DNA of 64,000 nucleotides from Botryllus schlosseri. Taxonomy: Eukaryota. This document shows, in pieces, positions 1 through 13,165 of this stretch. The DNA is taken from contig CM119371.1 of assembly GCA_051294905.1 (NCBI GenBank), positions 26,848,001 to 26,912,000 of the forward strand. The letters run 5' to 3'. Position 1 is the first letter of the stretch, and every line of letters starts with the position of its first letter. The notes under the pieces were generated by a model. It was not told the origin of the DNA, did not search any database, and saw only the letters and a program-made list of their open reading frames with translations. A program made the translations under genes and the position numbers.

Positions 1-462
1 GTTGAAATTGTAGCAGCAGAACATCCCGCAGGCATACTATCTCTGCACTGAAATCGCGAGTATAAATGTTAGGAAAAGGCAACTGTAGCAAAAGGCCCTA
101 CTTATTATGCTGCTACTGATAGACGTAACCTATACCGCGAACAAATGGAGTCATATTTCTTCAAGCACATTTTCACTCATCAATGTTTTTAGGGCATGAA
201 AGGTTTCGGAATGTCACGGAAAATATCTCACAATTCGCAAATATGACGACGAACAATTAACGCTTCGGTAGAATGGGGAAGGAAGTACGTAGTTTTGTTT
301 GAGCATAAAGACCAACTCTTGTCCCCTACTTTGCATTTAACTGTATCAATGTATGTTCAATTGGTACTCGGTCCATTAGATATTCATTTATTTGGGTACT
401 CACGTAGTATATATAATGGTCATGGAAAACATTATAGTCCTTATATAATACAGTAAGTACTT

Positions 463-755
463 TTATTCATCATCACCATCATCATGATCATCATCATCAT
501 CATCATTGTTATAGAAGAAATGCAAAAACAACTTCGCGGCCATGAATACTAGAATGTATATTAGTGGGGCCGTCTTAAAAACAATCGCCTCGCAACGGCG
601 CACAAATCTTTCCGCGTTCTCTCCTTCTAGGCCTTCTGCTGATTCTTGACAGTCCCGACGGCCCATCGCCATATACCAGACGTTGAAAATTGCGGCTCCC
701 GCGAGGCCGCCCCACCTCATGGGAATAGGTGCGGAAAAGTCGAAGTTATCTACAC
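463..755 (-). CDS. Copy 1 of unknown 2-TM protein family, terminal exon (alternatively a single-exon ORF from ATG 720)
   Basis: Aligns to copies 2-4: AMGR..C-x18-C, second hydrophobic helix, AK, acidic tail ending DDE-stop. Candidate phase-1 acceptor tcattcggctcag| at 756. Confidence 0.75.
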
Positions 756-1276
756 CTGAGCCGAATGATACGAGGAATTTACATCTTTGTATGCTACAAA
801 ATATCATCCTATGTAGTTCAAGTCTAAACAATGAGGGGGGCGTGGCCCAAATATTTTACGCAGCTGACTTTGCAACAACGCTTTTACGCTTTATATTGCG
901 TGCAGTTGCAATTTTTCATTCTACATGTGCATAGAAATTCACTAAAATCGACAACTAACTTATTAATCTATATTGAAAACTATTCGGCAGATTTGCAAAC
1001 AAGCGAAGTTAATATTTACATCACAATATCAATATGTCATTCACTATATTCAGATTCCAATACTAAACGATCATGAAATCACACCATTCCGTCCACATCA
1101 TGATCTAAAGTGAGAATGCTTAGCCGATTTATACAAGTCTGATAACATCTGATGTTAGAAGAGTATGGAAAATTCTCGAAAAAATATAATATTAGAAAAA
1201 GTGAATTTTAGGTTGTCAAAAATATTAACAGTTTGACAGAGTTGACAATGACTTTGACTTTCAGTATGTATCTCAC

Positions 1277-1387
1277 CGTCAAGCAGGTCGGGAAATATCA
1301 CCCGCTCAAACCATGTGACGCGATCGTGCATTACGCTCGACTGAATTGGTTCATTGTCAGGCCTGTTGGATGGAGTCCTTCCCGTGT
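1277..1387 (-). CDS. Putative internal exon of copy 1 (111 nt, ...RVTWFERVIFPDLLD)
   Basis: Acceptor ttccattgcag| and donor |gtgaga. Homologous to 22584, 47539 and 57172, with the same frame open in all four. Confidence 0.55.
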
Positions 1388-1554
1388 CTGCAATGGAATG
1401 AGTAAACGCTTAAGGCTATGATCAACATCCTACAATGCGAACGAAAAAACGTTGATTGACCAGATCTGTCTTGGTGCTGAGTATAGAGTATAATACTGAT
1501 ACCGCTGATTGTGAGACCTATAGCAATTCAATCCTTTATTGGACTACACATCAG

Positions 1555-1630
1555 TGGAGATGCGAAGCTTCAAGAAAATTCACTGTGTTGTTTGGAGATG
1601 CGAAGCTTCAAGAAAATTCACTGTGTTGTT
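1555..1630. repeat. Two tandem copies of a 38-bp unit
   Basis: tggagatgcgaagcttcaagaaaattcactgtgttgtt occurs twice in direct succession. Confidence 0.9.
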
Positions 1631-2451
1631 CGAATGCTCACAACAATATTCATGCAAGAAGTCATCCCATGCATATTTTAGCGAGCCCTTGTCCTGGCTC
1701 ACTTTACTTTTTTAAAACCTGTCAAATAACTCCATTCAAAATTGGTACGTTTTTTGCCTGCGTTGAAAGATTTCTGATGGTTTCACTTGATCTACGGTCC
1801 GTAAGCTAGACATGCCGCCCTAATTTACAACATATATTACCGATTTTCGCGACGTATTATTGACTGTAGACCTCTTGCAATCTCGGTAATGGAATATACG
1901 AAGACCACGAAGTATCAACAAACATTTACTACAGAACATTCCTGGTGAAATTTAAACACGAGAACAACCGACCAGTAGATCTATTTTATTTTTCTATTAT
2001 GGATCCGCTGCCGAGTCGCATTTGCGACGAACGATCATCTATCTTATTTTAATGGTCAGGTATTAATAATTTCCTTTGCATATTTTACTCACGTGAATGT
2101 AATTTTCAAAATACCAAACGAATGAATGAACGACAGCTGCAAAGATCAGGTGGCGGTGAACATTAAGCAATCCACAAAATATCTGGGCGTTGTCCTTTGC
2201 TACGATATCACTTTTTCATTTGCAAACATGAAGCATTAACGATAAATTAGCCTGACGGTAAATTTGATGACATGGCTATTCAATATACTTTTGCGAATAA
2301 GCATGCGTGACAGAAAACGCGAAATAGTGTTCAATTACATTTTGAAATGAATTTTTGAACATATTTTGTACTTAGTTCCGCAAGCCAAATCGCTCAGACT
2401 GAAGCCCTTTAAGCCTACATCCGAAACAAGCCCAAGCATTCAACCACACAC

Positions 2452-2521
2452 CATTAGAATCTTCATCTCTGTGGTCATCGTCTGAAGCTTCCTCAGCAGT
2501 GTTATCCCCTCTTCTCCTCAT
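2452..2521 (-). CDS. Putative first coding exon of copy 1 (MRRRGDNTAEEASDDDHRDEDSN)
   Basis: ATG and 70-nt length conserved in all four units. Donor is gtgtgt here and gtgagt in units 3 and 4. Confidence 0.45.
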
Positions 2522-3545
2522 ATCGTTGGTAATACAGCAACGAAAAGCTTAAGTTCAATATTTGTTGAAAATAATAGGGTAAACTGGAGGGTAAATATGA
2601 ATATAGTTATATCTGAGTATAAAATCCGAAGCAAGTAACCACAAGCGTTACGATGCTACTCACCACCGCAAAGCAATACCCTTAAGCGTACATACAATGC
2701 TGAGTAGACGATACTGTTTGTCTGGTGTTAATTGCCAATAGGAACGGGCCCAAGGTCAATAATTAGATGATGAAGCACCTGGAAGGAACATCTAATCACT
2801 AATTACCTTTTCAAAAGCGTTATTCCAGTGATGTAAGTTGTGGTCAGAAATTTGTCCAATTCACAAATCTTCTAAACACGTCAAGGTTTCAGTAAGAGTT
2901 TTACTGTGTTTTACACAGTTAGGGCTGCATTTGAAACAAATGATTGTTTCAAACAATCGCCTTTTAAAACAAAATGTTTTTTTAAGTTATAAAATCATGT
3001 CAGAATCGTGTAAATACATTCCAAAAAGCATGTTGTATGAGCCTACGGACAATTACCACGCAATATAGCTGACGTATACGATATGGGATGGTTGGAACCC
3101 CGAAAATAGGCGGATCAACAGCTATATATTCGTCTCACCAGTGAAAATCCGGTACGGACCAGGATGACGACGAGAGGCCGCAGAGCCTTAGTACACAGTC
3201 GCCACCTGCAAGAGTATACACGTTCCAATCAACGGCGCGTGACAATGAAAATAAATATACAAAACTACAAGAAATGTTGGGGGAAAAAGCAACCATGATA
3301 CAACGAGCTATATACATCAAAGTTTTGGGACTGCAGTGCAGGACTGAGTATAGATCGCAGTTTACACGGTACTTTACAATACAAGACAATAATTGAAATA
3401 CCGGCATGAAATTAAAACTTATCTAATAAATATTTCAGATAACGTTTTTTAAATAGATGATCAGGCAAATTTCTGAAGTGTACTGGTAGGGTTCCAGTTA
3501 AAGGCACCAAGTTAATAGAAACTATTCTGGGAGGACGATTTAGAT

Positions 3546-4833
3546 CAGTGGTTCTCAATTTTATTCTAGACACGTCCGCCTTTACGACAGTGAAAAATTT
3601 AGCGCCCCCTTATCGTCATATCACAAAATCCAACTGGGATGCTACCAGTGTTGGGATCAAGTCACTACCTTCGAGTCAGGAGTCATCTCGAGCCATTGCA
3701 CATTTTGACTCGAGTCAAGTCAAGTCAATCGATTTTCGAAGGTGACTCGAGTCAAGTCAAGTCACTCGTTTTTTGGAGGTGACTCGAGTCAAGTCGAGTC
3801 AAGTCAAGTCAAGTCACTAGTCAAGTCACAATTCAAGTCAAATTGAATTTCCAAAGTATCAGTGCTGATTCAAAGTCATTACATTTTGCTAGCTGCGTGA
3901 AAGACAGATTCATTGGCTATTTATCTTGAATCAAATAACGGATATATAGTTAAATACATGCAAAAATGCGTTGTATCACTCACCAACACGTAGAACTGAA
4001 AATAAAATATGCGAGTATCTGCTAGCTACACGCTATACAGTCTGTTATTATCATCCAAATTGAGGATTGAACACGAATCCTCGAGTAGTCGAAACAAATT
4101 GATATCTTATTACAATACACTACCCATTCATCTGAACATCCGTGAGAATATAAAAGCATTAACTATATTCGTTGATACAAGAGGGTTGATAAAGGTGAGC
4201 GCTGTGCAATGTAAGTACTGAGCCGTCTAAGAAAGAGATACGGTGCTATTAGATTAATCTACTACTCCTACGTAAGCTGTGATAATTTCGTTCGCGGTCA
4301 ATTTATTTGCGATGCAACAATGTAGGACCAGGGAAACGTACAATCAGTGAAAGACTGGTTTCTCTTATAAAGCGGAGATCACACGTACAATATCCGGACA
4401 TAGGCCTACACAAGACACAGAGAATTGATCGACACCGTTTACTTGATGACTTGAAATTGACTCGTGAATTTCGCTCTGAGTCACGAGTCAATCCACATTT
4501 CTGAAGCGCCGAGTCAAATCAAGTCAAGTCATTTTGGTAAAGTGACTCGAGTCAAGTCAAGTCATGTGAAAAAGTTGACTCGAGTCTGACTCGAGTCATC
4601 TCAACACTGGATGCTACCAACCCCAACAGATTGTTTGACGGCATGGAAGGTTATGAATGTTGATGAGAGAATTCAAAAATATGAAATTCGGTCTATATAT
4701 AGAGAAACACGGGTGAATTGGAGGTAAACCACGCACAGCGCGAAAAAAATTTCAGTTGACCGCTTCTTCCCGCCTCCCCTTCAGATGCTTTCACGCTCCC
4801 AAGGGGGGCGCACCCCCAGGTTGAGAACCACTG
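3546..4833. mobile_element. hAT-type MITE (CAGTGGTTCTCAA termini)
   Basis: 13-bp TIRs; 8-bp TSD atttagat/attcagat. Confidence 0.85.
3646..4609. mobile_element. hAT-type MITE with (GAGTC/AAGTC)n subterminal repeats, nested in the 3546-4833 MITE
   Basis: TIRs cagtgttggga...tctcaacactg; perfect 8-bp TSD gatgctac. Confidence 0.9.
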
Positions 4834-4954
4834 ATTCAGATACAAGCGGAAGTGACAACCCATTTGATGAGGCAGAACGAGTGAAGTGCGAATATACCGA
4901 GGCCAAAGTAGTGAAATGTTTGTCAAAGAATTGTCTGAACATTTGAGTATTTAT

Positions 4955-7033
4955 TGCGTCCCAAGCCGGCCTTGGATCACCCTTTCGTGGGTATAAGAGG
5001 TGCGTCAGGGGTTACGCATCTTAACTTTTGCTCATTTTCTTCATTGCCCCTAATTTGTTTTCTTTTATGTTTGCTCATCTGAGATCTTTTGGGATTCGCC
5101 GAGGATTTTTTCTGCGTCTTCTTCGTCCTCTTCCCTTTGTATTATTTTAATTCAAGTATTACTGAGCCGAGGATCCAATTGGTCATGATCTTAATAAGAG
5201 CTGTTTGCTGGTCATGTGTTATCCTCTCTTCTGGGTCCATTCGTATGATCTGCTGAAGGACTTGTGCTCCAATTTTTATTCGTGTTGCTTTTTGCCATGA
5301 GTTCAGGATCTTATCCAGGGCCAGCTTCGTTATCCTCATTCTGTGAATAGGTGCGCATGTGCTTCTAGTCTTATCCCACATATTTCGCAATCTCTCGTTT
5401 TTACTGCCAATCATGTCGTCATTCTGTCGTTGTTGGGTAGTATCCCCTGCGCGATATCCCAATTTATTTCCCTTTGCTGTTGTGTTTGGGTTCTGTGGTT
5501 GATATTTCCCCAGTTTGTTCCTTTCATTTCTGATATTTCTCTTTTCAGTTGTCTGTTCAGCATACCTTTGTATACATCTTTTCTGTTTTGGGGCAAGATC
5601 TTCTGTACTGATTTCGATGTCTATCATTGCCTCATTGACATTTTCCCAGTGTAGGGTGGTTGTAATGTGTGTGGCTTGTTGTTTTGGATGTGGCACTTTT
5701 TATATCTCTAGAGTACAAGGGCCAGCTGTTTGATGGTCTATTCTTTGCAACTCATCCCATTCACTTTCCCTTCATTTTTTAGGTAGCCTACATGATTGCT
5801 GGTTTGATGAAAGCGATATCTGTTTTTCTTGAGACGTCCACAGTATCCAACCCCCTTAGGGTTTTACTCAATGTCAGGCTCCTATATGTCATTTTTCTTT
5901 CTAGGCCAAAAAGGAAGGATTTGACTTTTTCTCTCAGCTTTGCTGCTAGGTGTTTAACGAATCCCGATGTTGCCGCTTGGTATACGAAGAGAGGCAGTAT
6001 ATTCGTTCTTACTATCACTACTTTTTCATGTCTTGGCAGATTCATTTTATCTACCTCGCTCATGATTTGGTCCGCTTTTCTTATTGCTTCCTCCCATTGT
6101 TTTTATGTAGTCTGCTCTCGGAGACTTATTTTGTTTCCAGGGATTGTTTTCTCCGTGGCCCATTTTAGCACCCTTGCTGGTGTTTGGCAGGCTCCCATCT
6201 CCGAAACGTACTCCCATTGTTTTTTCCTTGTTACTTTTCATGGTACTTGCCTTGCCGAATTTGTTTCTTATGTCAATTGTCTTTTTGTATTCCTTTTCGT
6301 CTCCGAGTGTTTAGAGATAGCGTCCGCATATGAGGGCGTTGTTATTTTGTCCTTGTGTCCTGTTAGCTTGTACCAATTGATGTCGCTGTTTATACATTGT
6401 AGGAGTGATTCCGTTGTGATTGGGAAGAGGAACATAGACAGCGGGTCTCCTTGTTTTAGTCCAGATTTGATTAGAATGTATTTTGCAGTTCTACCACCAA
6501 TCGAGACTTTTTCCTCTCCCTTTTGATATCTTTTTAAGGTACTGCTGCTTCGAGGGCTCCCTGCATAAACTCGTGGTTGATCATGGCGTATGCTTTTTTG
6601 AACGTCTCCTGAGACTATCACTCCTTTTTAGTATTCTCGCCAGTCTGCCCCGATCTTCCTTATAATTAGGTTCAACTGGCACATGTTGTCTGGCAAATTG
6701 ACGTATTGATGGCTGTGTGTTATATGCTTTAGGTTGTTTTTAGTCTGTTTGAGATTATCTTGTTTAGTATCTTGTAGTCCGAATTTAGTAATGTAATTGG
6801 CTTGTCATTTTTTTCCCTGTCATACCTTTTTTGTAGATGACTTTAATTATACCTCGTGCCAGTTCTGGAGGTATTTTTTGTACTCCGTATATCTTGCTGA
6901 GTGTTTCCGTAAGCTCCTTTAGTATGGTTTTTGAATTGAGTACATAAAATTCCGCACTTATTCCGTCTTCCCCAGGCGTTTGCCTTAATCTTTGCTGGGT
7001 TATCGCCAGTTTAACTTCAAGGAGTTGGATTTA
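4955..7033 (-). mobile_element. Decayed L1/Tx1-like LINE reverse-transcriptase fragment
   Basis: Fragmented frames with GIIKVIYKKG, PITLLNSDYKIL, SGLKQGDPLSMFLF and YADA (YADD-like); many frameshifts; ends approximate. Confidence 0.8.
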
Positions 7034-7380
7034 CCTAAATCGATATATAGCATCTATAAGATCAGAGGTCAGAAATTGTCTATATAGGAATATCTTGGAT
7101 GTCTGCTTCCGTTCTTCTCTTCTACGTATAACGTACAAGAAAATGTCGTTTCGGATTTGAGAATCATTCCTCCTATATGTATCTCATATTTGTTGTTGGT
7201 TTATCATTGCAAAACCGATGACCTCGAATTATTTACACATCGATCTTTCGTCATCGGCTGGATCAGTTCCAGAAAACAAGAAACCACAGAGTGTAAATTG
7301 CGCCTATGCCGAAAAAAAGTTTCCCGAATGGCCTATATGTTGATTAACCAACGTTGTCGAGAGACTCAGATACTGCGGAT

Positions 7381-7693
7381 TATTAATATTATTATTATTG
7401 GTACAACACAGTGGCGCTTATCGTAATCTTGGGGACGGCTTTCATTCTCTTCTCCCAGTCAATCTTCAGTCACCCTCACTAGCACGCGCCCCCAGCGTTG
7501 TCTCAGCTACCGCCTTGTAGCACGGCTCACTTTCGGTCTGGGCTTTTCAACGCACTACCGTAGTAGCAGGATCGGCGATGAGGAGCCCAGAGAAACCTCC
7601 GACACGTAGAAGTTGGTCAGAACCGGGATTCGAACCCACCTCCACTGGTGTCGTGACTGCACTGCGTAACCAACTGCGCCACTCGCTTCCCCG
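7381..7693 (-). mobile_element. tRNA-derived SINE, family A
   Basis: Head GGGGAAGCGAGTGGCGCAGTTGG (A box) and GTTCGAATCC (B box); (AAT)n tail; 13-bp TSD agatactgcggat; empty site at ~13540. Confidence 0.9.
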
Positions 7694-8447
7694 AGATACT
7701 GCGGATATACTTTCTCTGAATATAGAGCTTGTTCATTGTGAAACATTTTCTAGATTTTTCCGACTTGACTCTTGCTACTAATCATTCCGATAGTTTAGGA
7801 TGGGTTGGTGGGCCATTAGTGATTAAGAAGCCCCTGTAGAACGGTCAGGTTTGAGGTTTTATTCATATTCGATTGGATACAAGAGCTTCACATAGGAAAA
7901 TGTGAAGATAGTAAAACATCGAGGTTCATTCAACAAAAATAATGGCGTGGAGATCAAGTTACTCGGAATAGTGATTACGAGAGCTCACGAATCTTGGTTG
8001 ATTTTTCTAATATCGATCATTGAGTCTTCAAAACAATTTCTATACTTCAAAGTCGATTATTCAAACTTAAACGCTTGTCTAATTACGATAATAAATATAA
8101 TGGTGTTAGCTAGATCCTTCAACGAACAGAAATAAATGTTTAGTGTGGGTGTTCCATGGCATGGGTCGACATTCGACAATCTTCTCTCGACGCGACCCCG
8201 ATTCAAACGAAAATAAAATAATTCGACAAATGTTGTCTTCCGATATGTAGAAGAGCATTCGAAGGAATGCTTAAACTAAATCAGAGGTCTCAAACACGCG
8301 GCCCCGACGGCATTTTGGAATTTCAAGTATTCGACAATATATTTATGTGCCACATATATTTTCTAGATTTAAGAACTTCAAGTTCAACCTAAAACTACTA
8401 TAAAAATCACTGAAATCTCGACAAACTACACTATCACATCACTTTAA

Positions 8448-9207
8448 AGGGGACTCAAGTCAAAAACCTAACTTGCGGATGGCTACCCCAATCTCCATGA
8501 GATTTTCACAGTCGCTAGATGTCGCTATGCTACATACAAAAACATTGGTTCTACTCTGCATATGGTGGCATATTGAGGATTTGAAGGACAGAAAATACAC
8601 CGACACAGGGACTGCAAACTCTCAAAATTTGAAAGCCTTTTTACGATATAACACCTTCTTTAGGAAGTATTACGAAAGTGCTGTGCTATGCTAAAATTTG
8701 AAGGAATATGTGATACCTTTCTCGGAGAAATTTTGTTTCAAAATTTATAATTCAAATTTGTATCATAAAATTGCTGTAAGTTTGCTATAAAGTTCCGTAA
8801 CTCTTAGCATGGTTGACGTATGTAAAAAATATTTAGCATAGGACATGTTTGACTGTCCATTTGCAAAGTATCAAGTCAACAAGTGTTACCGATGTAATGA
8901 TGAGAATGATTGCCAGTATGCTTGAATGACAACTGACAACAATCTAACAAATTTGAACCCGGAGATAATATATATATATGTTCTAATGGTCAAACCATAT
9001 ATTTTATGAAGTTATCGGACGGAGCATGCGATCTTTTGGTTGGAACTTGACCCCTCCCCCCATTATCAAAGGAAAATAGAAATAAAATGTTGCTGTTTTT
9101 AATTATTGTTTTGGTGAAATATGGGCATGGTGTGGCAGATGTGACTCCTTATTTACAACCAGAAATAAATTTTGATTTTTCTGCAACTTTTTGACTTGCC
9201 AGTCCTC
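8448..9207. mobile_element. Non-autonomous DNA transposon, Kolobok-like termini (second copy ~14293-15040)
   Basis: ttaaaggggactcaagtcaaaaa ... tttttgacttgccagtcctcttaa: imperfect TIRs flanked by TTAA. Confidence 0.5.
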
Positions 9208-9315
9208 TTAAAAGCTACCGTGCGGTAGAAGACCAGCTATTTCGTCACATTTCTAGTTCATGATGATAAAACATCGATCGTTGAGGATTTGTGAGAGAAA
9301 ATTGTGATTTGGTTT

Positions 9316-9581
9316 GAGAGAGAGAGAGAGATATGGTATTCTTTTTCGCCTGCACCATCGAGATGCTTTGACGATTAGATGCGATACGGCGTTTATAGTA
9401 AGGTCATCTAGTCTGCACTCCCGTTTTTTTTCTCCTCCATGCTATCCGTGATTGCTGAGCGCCTAGCAGGATAGCCGCGGATACCAGTTTCCGAGTCTTT
9501 GGTCTGACCCGGCCGGGGATCGAACCCACGACCTACCGATCGAGAAGCCGGACGCACAACCATTACACTACCTCGCTCGGT
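9316..9581 (-). mobile_element. tRNA-derived SINE, family B, with (TC)n tail
   Basis: Head ACCGAGCGAGGTAGTGTAATGG...GTTCGATCC; further copies at 15149 and 46935. Confidence 0.85.
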
Positions 9582-10484
9582 GCATGCAACCTTTCGTAAA
9601 ATTACTCGATTTCAGATGATTGACTGTGTGAGTGAATAAAAACGACCCGAGTTGAGTCGGGTCAAACGTTGACATCAGAGAAGGACTTGCGACTCGGAAC
9701 GGTGACTTTGTCATCCTACGGACGTAACAAACTATGAAATTATCACGGGACTAGTAATATATCAAAGGTCATAGCTATCTAATCAGGTCAGTATGGCAAC
9801 CATCGTCATTATGCGAAAATTGAGTAGTTGTAGTTGTAGTTCTAGCTACGTATTTTGAAAATTAGGTAGTTGTAGTTCTAGTTGCGGATTTTGAAAATTC
9901 AGCAGTTCCAGTTCTAGTTCTAGTTACAAATATGAAAAAATATTAGCTGCCCAACAACTAGAAACACGTGTCGTGGTTTTGGGCGAATTTAGATGCCGGT
10001 GTTCTGTTGAATGACGTTTTTGCAGCCATTGCTCGCTCAAAGCTATCGCTGCTAACAGTGGAGTAGCCAGAAGGTGGCTTTTGAGGACAGAATCTCCTCC
10101 GTTTCAAACTTGAAACCCCGTTCTTTCGAATTGTCTAATACATGTCTGATATTTCCGATAACCTAATAATTAACGTGTTGACGAGGAGAATGAAATCTAG
10201 CTCTGAACGGTTGCGCGGTGTAATAATTTTTAATAATTTATATATTGAAAGCAATGCATTACGTGATTAGTACTAAGCTTCTGGGTTGATGTGTTACTAT
10301 TAGGCAATTACGAAATTAGATTCAAAGTGCAAATAAAATATTATTACCGCGTAATGATTCAAAATAATGGAGATTAGGAAATATTGTTAACTTTTTTTTT
10401 ATTCACACCGACCCATAGACACCAAAATGTATGGGATGTTACAGCTTGGTCACTATCCCGAGCGGTGCGTAGCTTGGCCAAATC

Positions 10485-10750
10485 CAGTGTTGGTATCAAG
10501 TCACTAACGTCGAGTCACAAGTCATCATTGTACATTTTGACTTGAGTCAAGTGAAGGCAATCGGTTTTTAAAAGTGACTCGAGTCAAGCCACTGGATATT
10601 TGGAGGTGGCTTGAGTCAAATCAAGTCGAGTCGAGTCGAGTCGAGCCGAGCTGAACCGAGCTGAACCGAGCCGAGAGCCGAGCCAAGCCAAGCCAATTCA
10701 AGCCAAGTCAAGTCATAATTCGAGTCAAGTGGCCTTTTCGAAGTATGAGG
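10485..10750. mobile_element. Left end of a GAGTC-repeat hAT MITE (truncated; duplicate at 16317)
   Basis: cagtgttggtatcaagtcac matches the left end at 3646; GAGTC/GAGCC pentamer array follows. Confidence 0.7.
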
Positions 10751-11739
10751 CATGATTATGTCATTGCATTTCGCCGACAAGACATAGCGTATTGGTCAAG
10801 CATCCGACTTTTTAATCGGTAGGTCGTCGATTCAACCCCCGGCCGTGTCAAACCAAAATGCCTGATTAGTAACACTGGCATCCATGACTTCATTGTTTGG
10901 CGCTCATATGCTATACTGGGATAGCATGGAGAGCTGATGCAAGACTTACAATGTCGTACAAGGCTATATCTGTAACTTCCTTGTCCAGCGGCATATGCAC
11001 ATAATGCACTCATGATATGCATATGCACAGATCGAGTGTATGGTCATCATGAGTCGGTGTATATGCCACAAAAACATCACGGATAAAAATAAACTACGCC
11101 TTTATTAAATGGATTAAATGGATGAACAGCAGATAGAGTTTTCTGAAGCATGTGCTGAACCATTTACAACACCATGGTCTATTTTTATCAAATCTCTGAC
11201 CACTACTGAGGCTTTCTGCAACAATCGCAAAAGTAAATTCAAGTTTTCAACAAAGGCTTCATCAAAATTTATCTCGCATTTGTAGAGATGTTATCCTAAT
11301 CTTACCTCCAATCTGAGCCAAATTTACTCGGGCCATAAACTTTCGCCGCCCTAATGTTCATCAAATGCAATCTAATAATTTTTGAGCAAGTGAAAATATA
11401 AATGCGAACCAAAATTTTATAATTCGTAGTTATCAGGAACTTATTTTCTTTTGCATTTATTTTAATTTTACACACCTTATCGGTAGGGCTGGGCACAATG
11501 ATTCGAGTACTCGAATCTGAATCGAGTATTTATTTTCATGATTCGAGTCGAGTAGTAAAAGACGAATTTTTCGAGTACTGAAATTATACGCTCTTCGCCA
11601 CTGAAAGTTAATTTATCAACAAAAATTATAGCTTCAATACTATTTTTCACTTTGGCAGACATGAAACCTTGATTTGCCGTACCGCAGCATACAAAACAGG
11701 GTATAAAATACTTGTACAACGCCACGAACGTTACTAGAA

Positions 11740-13165
11740 ATTGCGATGTCTTAGATTGCCTCATTGACATTTCCCAATGTATAGAATGGGCTGTAATATG
11801 TGTGGCTTGTTGTTTGGGATGGGAAACTTTTTATATCTCTAGAGTACAAGGGTCAGCTGATGGTCCATTCTTTGCTACAACTCATCCCATTCACTTTTCC
11901 CTTCATTTTTTAGGTAGCCTACATGATTGCTGGTTTTATGAAAGCGATATCTTTTATTCTTGAGATGTCCACAGTATCCCCCCCCCATCCCCCCCCCTAG
12001 GGTCTTAATCAATGTCAGGCTCTTATATGTAATTTTTCCTTCTAGGCCACAAAGGAAGAATTTGACTTTTTCTCTCAGCTTCGCTGCTAGGTCTTCAAGG
12101 AATCTCGATTTTGCTGCCGGTATACAAAGAGTGGCAGTATATTCGTTCTTACTATCACTTCTTTTTCATGACTTGGCTGATTCATTTTCCCTATACCTCC
12201 CTCGCTCATGAATCGGTCCGCTTTTCTTATTGCTTTCTCCCATTGTTGTTATGTAGTCCGCTCTCGGAGACTTATTTTGTTCCAAGGATTGTTTTCTCCT
12301 TGGCCCATTTTAGCACCCTTGCTGGTGTTCGGCAGGCTCCCTTCGCCGAAACGTACTCCCATTGATTTTCCTTGTTTCTTTTCATGGTACTTGCCTTGCC
12401 GAATTTGTTTATTATGTCAATTGTCTTTTTGTATTCTTTTTCGTCTCCGAGTGTTATAGAGAAAGCGTCCGCATATGAGGGGGTTGTTATTTTGTCCTTG
12501 CGTCCTGTTAGCTTGTACCAATTGATGTCGCTGTTTATACATTGTAGGAGTGATTCCGTTGTGATTGGGAAGAGGTACATAGACAGCGGGTCTCCTTGTT
12601 TTAGTCCAGATTTGATTAGAATGTATTTTGCAGTTCTACCACCAATCGAGACTTTATCCTCTCCCTGTTGATATCTTTTTAAGCTACTGCTGCTTAGAGG
12701 GCTCCCTGCATAAACTCGTGGTCGATCATGGCGTATGCTTTTTTGAACGTCTCCCGAGACGATCACTCCTTTTTAGTATTCTCGCAAGTCTGCCCCGATC
12801 TTCCTTATAATTAGGTTCAACTGGCACATGTTGTTTGGCAAATTGACGTATTGATGGCTGTGTGTTATATGCTTTAGGTTGTTTTTAGTCTGTTTGAGAT
12901 TATCTTGTTTAGTATCTTGTAGTCCGAATTTAGTAATGTAATTGGCTTGTCATTGTTTCCCTGTCATACCTTTCTTGTAGATGACTTTAATTATACCTAG
13001 TGCCAGTTCTGGAGGTATTTTTTGTACTCCGTATATCTTGTGAGTGTTTCCGTAAGCTCCTTTAGTATGGTTTTTGAATTGACTACATAAAATTTCGTAC
13101 TTATTCCGTCTTCCCCAGGCGTTTGCCTTCATCTTTGCTGTGTTATCGCCAGTTTAACTTCATGG
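11740..13165 (-). mobile_element. Duplicate of the L1/Tx1-like RT fragment
   Basis: Paralogue of 5611-7033; SGLKQGDPLSMYLF and YADA motifs. Confidence 0.8.

Noticed and set aside
1..60. Possible minus-strand exon after tttcag at ~47
   Set aside because: Too short and cut by the window edge to support.
3139..3205. GC-richer minus-strand segment bounded by tcttgcag and gtgaga
   Set aside because: Could be an exon but has no counterpart in the other units and no other support.
3700..4610. GAGTC/AAGTC and GACTCGAGTC arrays (also 10500, 35020, 40550) as CRISPR-like or iteron arrays
   Set aside because: They are subterminal repeats of TIR/TSD-bounded hAT MITEs, with no unique spacers.
5792..6526. 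244-aa plus-strand ORF and other hydrophobic ORFs at 5343-6665 and 11712-12810
   Set aside because: Antisense shadows of the A-rich LINE strand.
7600..7692. tRNA genes (also 9510-9581, 37790-37869, 44487-44560)
   Set aside because: A and B boxes are present, but they continue into repeated bodies with simple-repeat tails and often TSDs, so they are SINE heads.
10756..11028. Identical ORFs at 10756/16588 and 11302/17134
   Set aside because: Products of the near-identical duplication over SINE and hAT relics; no coding signature.
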